Part shown: positions 55,488 to 64,000 of the stretch, piece after piece
Position numbering within the stretch: the stretch's first letter is position 1
How the letters are laid out: the number at the start of each line of letters is the position of its first letter
NCBI GenBank assembly: GCA_964016885.1
Contig: OZ024741.1
Coordinates: forward strand, 81,778,001-81,842,000
DNA: 64,000 nucleotides
Reading direction: 5' to 3'
Source of the DNA: Eledone cirrhosa
Lineage: Eukaryota
Notes under the pieces: model-generated
Databases searched by the model: none
Seen by the model: the letters and a program-made list of their open reading frames with translations, nothing else
Told to the model about the DNA's origin: nothing
Position numbers and translations under genes: made by a program

Positions 55488-55580
55488 TTTTTTTTTTTTT
55501 TTTTTGTGCAATGGCCATACTCGATAACGAGGGGGCAGCCATCATGTAAGTATGTATGTATGAATGTATGTATGTATGCA
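51363..55580 (+). mobile_element. RTE-clade LINE copy 2, full length, one frameshift
   Basis: Structured 5' UTR after a poly(T) run, single long ORF, 3' stem-loop tail 55511-55545 followed by (TATG)n. Confidence 0.97.
51751..55301 (+). CDS. RTE polyprotein: AP endonuclease, reverse transcriptase and three C2H2 zinc fingers; open for 1061 aa, with the zinc-finger tail shifted out of frame by a 5-bp duplication at ~54816-54825
   Basis: WNVRTL, DIVALSETR, VYAPT, LGDFNARVG, TDHRLV (APE); PESQSGFR, FVDLTKAFD, GVKQG, LLYADD, YLGS (RT); CSVC..HLRSH, CQTC..HAKVH, CRLC..HIRSQH. GCTAACATAACATC versus GCTAACATC in copy 1. Confidence 0.95.
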
Positions 55581-55627
55581 TAATAGAAAATAAACAAGGA
55601 AGTTTCGTTTACATATGAAAAATACTT

Positions 55628-55710
55628 ATTGTGTATCCACCTGTTACAGACGTTATGCAGAGGATTGAGCCAATCCTCTGCTAAACGCACGTAACAGGTG
55701 GATACACAAT
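55628..55710. repeat. 83-nt hairpin-forming inverted repeat
   Basis: ATTGTGTATCCACCTGTTAC/GTAACAGGTGGATACACAAT outer stem and GCAGAGGATTG/CAATCCTCTGC inner stem. Confidence 0.9.
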
Positions 55711-55987
55711 ACATACATTTCCTATTATATACACTCTGCCTGTGTATATAGTGCTTGATTTGGTACCAACACCATTAATTCAATGTTCTAACTACACACA
55801 AACAGACACTATATATATATTATATATATTATATATACGCACACTAATTTTTATATTTTTTGCGTGTGTGTTTACCTTTGCGTCTGTGTCTGGACGTTTT
55901 TATATACACATATTTATGGATATATATATGTACATACATATATATATATATATATGTGGGTGTGTACTCACAGACACACGCAGACAC

Positions 55988-56109
<122 letters not shown>

Positions 56110-56565
56110 ACACATACACACACACACATGTATATATGTATATAAGCTGTGTTTGTGATTCCCCTTGAGCCTCAAGTGTCTTACTTATTGAACATATAAA
56201 TATTCAGAAACCTTATTAATGCTATTAGCTAAGAAATATTTCTGTTGGCCAACTTTAAAAATACTTTCCTGATTTTTGTGGCTTTCTTTATAATTTTTTA
56301 TACTTTAAAGATGGTGAAATACTTTGTTTAGTATTAAGAAAAAACTCTTCACATATTAAATAGCATCCTTACAAGTAACACGATTTTTTTTTCTAACTGC
56401 TAAAGAGACTCTACTCGCGTGTGAAAGTATTTTTATATGTTACTTGTTAAAGGTCATATATGAATATGTGTATATATGTAAGTCTATGTACATGTATACA
56501 TACACATACGTGAGTGTGTATGTATATACACGTTGAAATATATATATCTATATCTATACATACGT

Positions 56566-56661
<96 letters not shown>

Positions 56662-57249
56662 ATATATAGATAAGTATCTATGTGTATGTGTGAGCGAACG
56701 TTATGTATGTAAATATGTATGTTTATACATATCATTTGCCAACAGATGACTCATCTGGTAATGCAGCGAAAGTTAAATTTTTCCACTCTTATATATTCTG
56801 GTAATATAATAGAATTTATTATTGAAATAATGAATTCTAATTTGATTCATTTTACCGCATGCATTATTATTTGTATATCGTTATATTTAATGCTCGAGTA
56901 TTGTTTTGCAACATCTAAGTCTTTTAGAAGCAGATGCTCAGTTATTAATAGATAGTAGTCAAATATTACAAATTGGTTTAATCAATTATTTCTCATTGAA
57001 CATATTGCTTATGTAATATAGAATCAAAGATTTCTTGTAGAATATATCTGGATTTTGTTGCTGATTTCTTTCCAGGATCTATTTACAAATCTCTTCTGAA
57101 TCCTCTCTTGGTTGACTTTATACACCTATTCAGGAAATCATGTTTAAAGTTTTTTACAACCCTGTATTACGTTTTTGTGGAAATATTTCTACTACATCAT
57201 CTATGCTAAATATGTATGGAATGGTTTTCACTTTGTCATTAATAGAGTT

Positions 57250-57460
57250 GGGTTGGGCGGCGGTTTTGCAGATTCGTTAGAATGTCGGACAAAATTCCTT
57301 GTGGAATCAATTTCGCTTCTTTACCTTCTGAACTTGAATCTTGCCAAAGTCAACTTTGCCTTTCATCTTTCTAGAGTCGATAAAATACCGTACCAATCAA
57401 GGGACGATCTAATCATCTATTTTACCCTCCAAGATCTTAGCTATGCGCTTAAATAAGATT
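57250..57460 (+). mobile_element. Diverged tRNA-type SINE (family B)
   Basis: GGCGGCGGTTTTGCAGATTCGTTAG..GTCAACTTTGCCTTTCATCTTTCTAGAGTCGATAAAATA. Confidence 0.75.
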
Positions 57461-57580
57461 TCTTAGAGCTTAATAAATAATATGTGCATACTTTGTAGAA
57501 TTAGTGTTTGTTAGTTGAACAATATAAGATTTGTAGTTCATTTCTTATATGTGCTTCTTTTCGTCTCATTAATACGCAAT

Positions 57581-57786
57581 ATTATTTCTTTAATGCGGCA
57601 GAATTGCAGTATCGGTAGAGGGTCTGACGCCATGCATTGATGCATAGAGTTACGGCCCTTGCCATTCTGAGTTCAACTCCCGCCAAGGTTAACTTTACCT
57701 TTCATCCTTACGAGGTCGATAAAATATAGTACCAGTAATGCACTGGGTATTTGTGCCAACAGCAGAAACAATTATTTCTTTAATGC
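57581..57786 (+). mobile_element. SINE family A with 16-bp target-site duplication
   Basis: ATTATTTCTTTAATGC at 57581-57596 and 57771-57786 flanks the SINE body. Confidence 0.92.
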
Positions 57787-58887
57787 ATTTTTCTATTACT
57801 GTCATATTCGAGAACCGACGAGTGATTCACATCATAAGAGTTTTAAACACTTTTTCCAAGGAATATACCTTATCGGAACCCCTTGCAAATTTACTAGAAA
57901 ATGATACATTAAAAATTGGATTAAATGTTTGTTTTTATTTTTTTACGTATTTATTGAATAACAAGTGTTAACAGATTTACGACCAACTACTAACTTATAT
58001 TCTTTCTCTTTCTTCCTTCAAAATTTCTTGCCTTCCAATGATTCCAGTTCCCTTAAAGGAGCTGTAGCGTCCCCGTTAGGAGTCATTGCTCTACTTAGTC
58101 GCTTGATCTGCTAGAAACTGTAATCAAATCTCCCTCATATGACACCCAGACTAAGGTTAGAGAAACAATATAACATGACACATAAGATAATATATTCCGG
58201 AATAGACGATTTCTGGAAATAACAAGACAGTATAGCCATGGTTAGATTGTCTTCGATAAGAGCCAATTAAGGAGTTAAACAACCACATGAACCGAACTGA
58301 TCATGACAATTGAAGCAATTAGTGAATTTTAGTGCTTTTATTTTCTTTTATTAATCACTACGACGAGTTTTACGAGGCGAAAATAAACCGATGACCTTTC
58401 ATACAATGTCACATACAGATGGTCTTTATTCTAAGGTGTAACAGAGAAGACTTACAAAGCAAATGAAACAATAACCAACCCTCACAATAATAATATACAT
58501 CTCAGTGAAAGTTTGGCACATAAATATTATTGTCAGACTGTTGACCTTTGGAATATTTCCAAAAAATTGTTTTGCCAGAATTTGCCAGCTTTCTTTCCAG
58601 CTGCCACACATTATAACTCATATTATTTGGCACATTTTCTCAGGTCACCTCTCCCACTGATAATTTGGACCTTTTCTGATGACCCTGCTACCTTTTCAAC
58701 ATTCTTCTATTTCTTTCTTTGTTTCTTTATTTATTATGCTTTTTGTCCTTTAAACCTTTTCCACTTGTTTAGACTTGGCACAGCTTATCAATATAAATAC
58801 TAATACGATGAACAAAATACCTTTTTTTATTGTATTATAGTACAGAAATATAGTTTTAATAACTTTGTACAACATACTACAGTATTA

Positions 58888-59050
58888 AATGGCGGCGAAT
58901 TGGCTGAGTCGTTACAGCATCGGCATTTATTCCTGTTCTTCTGGTTCAAATCCCGTTGATATCACCTGGCCTTTCATCCTTTCGGGATTGATAAATAAAG
59001 TACCAGTCTAGTCTTAAGGCCTTCGATTGGCGAGATTGTCGAGGACTCAT
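58888..59050 (+). mobile_element. Diverged SINE (family B)
   Basis: GGCGGCGAATTGGCTGAGTCG..GGTTCAAATCCCG..GCCTTTCATCCTTTCGGGATTGATAAATAAAGTACCAG. Confidence 0.8.
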
Positions 59051-59117
59051 AAAGTTGCTATGTGTTATCTGTACATACGCACACGCATACAAACACACAC
59101 ATATATATATATATATA

Positions 59118-59196
59118 TACAGGGTGTCCCTCCAAAATGTATACACACTTCAACATCATTCTAATAAATAAGTGGATACATTTTTGTGGGACACCA

Positions 59197-59201
<5 letters not shown>
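59118..59201. mobile_element. Tc1/mariner-type MITE
   Basis: TA-CAGGGTGTCCCTCCAAAATGTATACACACTT ... AAGTGGATACATTTTTGTGGGACACC imperfect TIRs inside (TA)n; related copy at 61267-61357. Confidence 0.75.
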
Positions 59202-59258
<57 letters not shown>

Positions 59259-59260
<2 letters not shown>

Positions 59261-59350
59261 GTACTCCCCGGTATTCGCGGGGTTACGTTCCTAGAGCACC
59301 TGCGAAGAGTAAAAAAACCATGAATACTGGACATGCTCCATAAAAATGCC
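59259..59350 (+). mobile_element. Tigger/pogo-like DNA transposon end
   Basis: CAGTACTCCCCGGTATTCGCGGGGTTACGTTCC resembles Tigger/MER2-type TIRs (from recall); partner TIR not seen. Confidence 0.55.
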
Positions 59351-59994
59351 TATAAACGTCAAAACATAACATAAAGTATATAATACTTTTTTTGTATTTT
59401 CACATATATTGTTAGGATATTGTTAGGATAGGTAGGAAAATCTTCGAATGAATAATAGATAATATTTACTGGCACTCCGTCGTTTACGATGATCTGTGTT
59501 CCACTTGATGCGATCAACGGAACCGCCTGCTCGTAAAAATAACGTGTAAGTGACTGAGCTATCCACAGACACGCATAATCGTAACGAAGTTCCAGGGAGA
59601 TTCAACGTTACCCAGGATCTGACCAGGCTGGCCCTCACAAATTACAGGAAAAACTCATTTTTTCCAGCTGAGTGGACCGGAGCGACGAGAAATAAACTGT
59701 CTAACTCAAGGATTCAACGTGCCAGCGAGATCCGAACTCACGACATTATCATCATGAACCGAATGCCACTAAGCCACGTGCCTTCACGAAGATATTATAA
59801 AAACGAGATAACAGATATAATATTGATTCTACATACTTTATGCAGGCATGCATAGTCCCGCGATCTCTGAAGAAGTTGTAGGGGTGCTATATTGACATAC
59901 AGCGTTTCTAGGGCATTTTAAAATTTGGTTAGCAGATTTCTTTCTGAGAAAAATAGAGAAGGATAGAATGGAAGTGAGAAAGATATATAGAGGA

Positions 59995-60160
59995 AGAATC
60001 GATACCAGTACTAGACTGGTACTTTTTTTTATCGACCTTGAAAGGATGAAAGGCAAAGTTGACCTTGGTTGGATTTGAACTCGCAAAGCAGAGAGTCGAA
60101 ACGAAATCCGGAAAACATTCTAACCGACGTTCTAACAACTCTACCGATTCGCCCGCCTTA
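59995..60160 (-). mobile_element. SINE family B
   Basis: CTGGTACTTTTTTTTATCGACCTTGAAAGGATGAAAGGCAAAGTTGACCTTGG..ATTTGAACTC..GATTCGCCCGCC. Confidence 0.85.
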
Positions 60161-60530
60161 TATATACTGTATAACAATCCTTTATTAAGTACACGTTTAG
60201 TATGTTTACCACATAAGTCCATAAACTAACATTTATTTTATCTCTTAATATTTTCTTTTTAGAAATGGCAGAGCAGATATGTAATGAAGGGCAAGTGTGT
60301 GGTTAAGTGTGTTATTTGAGGGAAATTTCACGCATGTTTCTAGCAGGAAAAGTGACACTTTATAGGTTCCATCATCAGTATATGGTGCATATAAAAGTAA
60401 TTCAGTGACAGACTATAAACACACACTCACACACACACAGATACACATATGTCTGTCTGTATGTATATATGTATATGTAAATATCTCTCTCTACACACGC
60501 ACACATATACATACATACATATATACATAC

Positions 60531-60586
<56 letters not shown>

Positions 60587-60675
60587 GCACATATACACAC
60601 ACACGCGCGCACACACACACAATGTCTGTCTGTATGTATAAATCTCTCTCTCTACACACACATATACATACATAT

Positions 60676-60720
<45 letters not shown>

Positions 60721-60723
60721 CAT

Positions 60724-60759
<36 letters not shown>

Positions 60760-61122
60760 TGAAAAAAGGAACGGCAACAAAACAGAGAGGCAGTACAAAC
60801 AAAGGTTTATTAGTTTCACGCTCTTATATATATATATATATACATATATGTATATATAAATATATATACTCACACACAAACACATGCACACATCATATAG
60901 ACACAGGCACACACTCATAAATATACAAGTTAATCGTTGATTCAAATGTAGTTTCTGTTTATTGAGCTTATGGTTTATTTAGGTTGATGTCTATATATCG
61001 GATTGGGTTCATAGGGAGCATATGCTCGAGGAATATTTCGGTTGGTTGCACCGACTCGGTGGGTGCATTAAATACGTAACCGAGTCGTAGTTGCTGCAGA
61101 TTATTTAGGCAATTTACGGTTT

Positions 61123-61357
<235 letters not shown>

Positions 61358-61430
61358 ATGTATATATATATATATATATATATACACTCACACACACACA
61401 TATATACACATATATATATATGTATATACG

Positions 61431-61484
<54 letters not shown>

Positions 61485-62064
61485 TGTGTGTGTGTGTGTG
61501 TGTGTGAATGTGAGTGTGTGTGTGTTTGTGTGTGATTAGAAATGTTAGACAGCTTTCCGAGCGTAATGTTTTTTTTTGCAAAATAAAGAATATAAAATTA
61601 AATAAATAAAATTGCCGTTTAGAATCAAATCTATCAAAAACTGATCGGTTCAATGCATAATGAAATAAAGTCAATTCCAGTTCATTTGCATCAGCTTTTA
61701 ACCCCGATTTTAAATAAGAAATTGGTGAAATGTAGCATGAAATCGAACATTCGTTCAGTTTGTTAGGAATAAAGTGATTGAAAGCTTCTATTTTCAAGAA
61801 GGGTTAAAATAACATGTTTTAAAAAAATCAGTCATAAAGGAAAAATCATTTTAGTTTCAGCATCTGTATGAATTTTATCCATCTATCCATCTATCTATCA
61901 ATTCATCCATCCATACCTCCAGCCATTGGCCCTGAAGTTCTGATGAAGTCGTAGAGACACGGCCGTGACACACGCCGTGTCTTGGGTATTTGCACCATCA
62001 ATCTCTAGATCCGAAGACAGTTAATGTCTTCCAGAGAGAAAGAAAATGTTAGAAAAAAAATCAT

Positions 62065-62150
62065 GAATCGATCTCAGTACTTTATTTATCGACCCCTACA
62101 CGAAATAAAGAAAGCAAAGTTGACTTCGATGGGCTTTGAGTTCACAGCCA
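62065..62150 (-). mobile_element. Diverged SINE fragment
   Basis: GTACTTTATTTATCGACCCC..AAAGCAAAGTTGACTTCGATGGGCTTTGAGTTC. Confidence 0.65.
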
Positions 62151-62344
62151 ACGTCGATCAGAAACAAACAGAGGGTGTGTATCGAGAGAGTTTTGGGTGC
62201 TGTCTTCACACACTACAGCAGTTTTTTAAAGACAGTCCCCAAGTCAAATTTTCATTTTTCATTTTTCAATTTCCTATTTTCTTTTCCTTATCTTCCATGA
62301 TAAGTATGGGCTATATGTAACCCTGTTTTCTAATTCTGTCGAAG

Positions 62345-62417
62345 TTACTTGATGAGACCATCCTGTCTTGCATCATAAATGGATGATGGAGTTGGGCCAT
62401 TGAAATATGTATAGTGA
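62345..62417 (+). ncRNA. Degenerate type I hammerhead (same family as 36232-36298)
   Basis: Stem I TTAC/GTGA, TTGATGA (C3 to U), then TGAAATATGTATA identical to the 36278-36290 segment. Confidence 0.55.
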
Positions 62418-62856
62418 TTTTACGGAATTAAAAATTGCAGCATATCCTCCAGTGCGGCCTTCTGTAGATAATAATAACAATAATAATAATGACTATAAGC
62501 GAAGTTGCAGATTCGAGTAGTAGATTCGCAATCGATTTTAGAATGCTGTCACAAAGCATCAATGAAGGAGTAATCAATAAATCATTCCACAGAATAATCA
62601 CAATAAGTAATAGTGACACAATGAAAAATGCGACCAGAGGCATGTTGCCACCTTGACACTACAAAATGGAAAAATACAGACAAGTTAAAGACGAACCTGG
62701 ACCTGCTCGATGGCTATTGAATATTAATCGATAAGTATCTTCGATAGGTTTCTGAGGATGCGGAAGCTACACTCCAAGTTGCGTAATGTATATGCAAGTC
62801 AGTAATGTATCCTTTCGCCAACAGGTCTTTCGTTCCAGTATCCACTTTCCACTTTC

Positions 62857-62908
62857 TACAGTCGAAAACTAATGCTGTCTCTTAAGACAGCATTAGTTTT
62901 CGATTGTA
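62857..62908. repeat. 24-bp-arm hairpin
   Basis: TACAGTCGAAAACTAATGCTGTCT-CTTA-AGACAGCATTAGTTTTCGATTGTA. Confidence 0.85.
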
Positions 62909-63689
62909 ATAGTCAATTTGGCAGTGAGGTCGTGTTCTTTCTCAAAACAGAGGAACTTCACGTCTGGGTTTTGGCGGTACATTTAAAAGTGTGAACAAAG
63001 GAATTTAATCACAGCCTCGAAGTAAACTCTCGACTAGGTTTTCAAACAAACAATTAAACCTTTAATTAACAAACAATTAAACATTTAATTAACAAACTAA
63101 TCAATCAATTAATTAATTATAAAGGCTAGGAGAAAATAATAATAATAATGAGAATAACCGAAGTTGCAGCTGCGAGTAGCAAATTCGCAATCGATTTTCG
63201 AAGGCTATCACAAAGCACTCATATATATATATATATATATATGATGGATAATATGAAACAAAATCTGTCGATGAAGGAGGCTCCCGTTCCAAAATAGAAA
63301 ATGCACTTTTGACTTGTAAATCTATTATGCAACTTGTGGTTCAGATTCCCGAATCCCCAGACACCTGTCAAAGATTTTTATCGATTTTTATCTAATCCTC
63401 TTCTACTCAAGACGGTCCAGGTTACTATTCAACCTCTTCGATTTATCCTAGTTGTGCTATAAGTATGCCCATATGAATTTGGTTGTTTTTTTTGTTGTCA
63501 CACTTTCTTCACTTTGTATTCACTCTGGACGAAAATGTATGAAATTTTCGAACCATTAAGTATGTGTGTGTTTGTGTATGCACTTTGACAGCGCACCTAT
63601 GACTCTAGCGGGTTGAGGTTGCAAGACAAGGCATACAACTTTTATTAAAGAATTTTAGTTTCGGCGCAGGCTCGGAAAATTTGATATGT

Positions 63690-63830
63690 AATTGATATTT
63701 TATTTTATCGAGCCCGGAGAGATGAAGGTCAAAGTTAACCTTGGTGTGTTTGAACTCAGAATATAAAGAGGCAAAACAAATAGCGCAATGGCATTTTACC
63801 TGACGCTCAACTAATTCTGGTAATCCATCA
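63690..63830 (-). mobile_element. Diverged SINE
   Basis: TTTTATTTTATCGAGCCCGGAGAGATGAAGGTCAAAGTTAACCTTGGTGTGTTTGAACTCAGA. Confidence 0.8.
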
Positions 63831-64000
63831 ACCTAGCCAACCATAATTAATAAATGAAAGAGAATAATGATGGATTGACAGGATCACCATATAATTGCAC
63901 AAGTGTTCTGTGGTATGTAGTTACACCACTGTACACACTTCGTCCAAATTACACCGTATTTATTTTCCCTTCGTTCTTCCGGTTTACTCAAGGTCCGGTT

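Overview
AT-rich animal DNA with no recognisable host protein-coding gene. The SINE families, microsatellite density and zinc-finger RTE suggest a coleoid cephalopod such as Octopus; this is inference from recall, not a database match. Bases 1-19.3 kb are a 35-bp satellite with kb-scale internal duplications. The rest is retroelement debris: two near full-length RTE LINEs (APE-RT-3xC2H2) with non-overlapping lesions, a ~400-bp bipartite non-autonomous RTE, an older internally deleted RTE, a truncated Tx1/L1-type LINE inside a (TATC)n tract, a truncated Penelope-like element (GIY-YIG) with ~850-bp inverted arms, many tRNA-type SINEs and small MITEs. The least explained signal is a set of type I hammerhead ribozyme cores (three look complete, about six are degenerate or half cores). 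These repeatedly sit at or near the turn-around points of fold-back inverted repeats. There is also a 5.3-copy tandem multimer of a ~740-bp non-coding unit that ends in the same fold-back, suggesting non-autonomous Penelope-mobilised, retrozyme-like elements. Most ORFs in the supplied track are repeat artefacts. All alignments and folds were done by eye.
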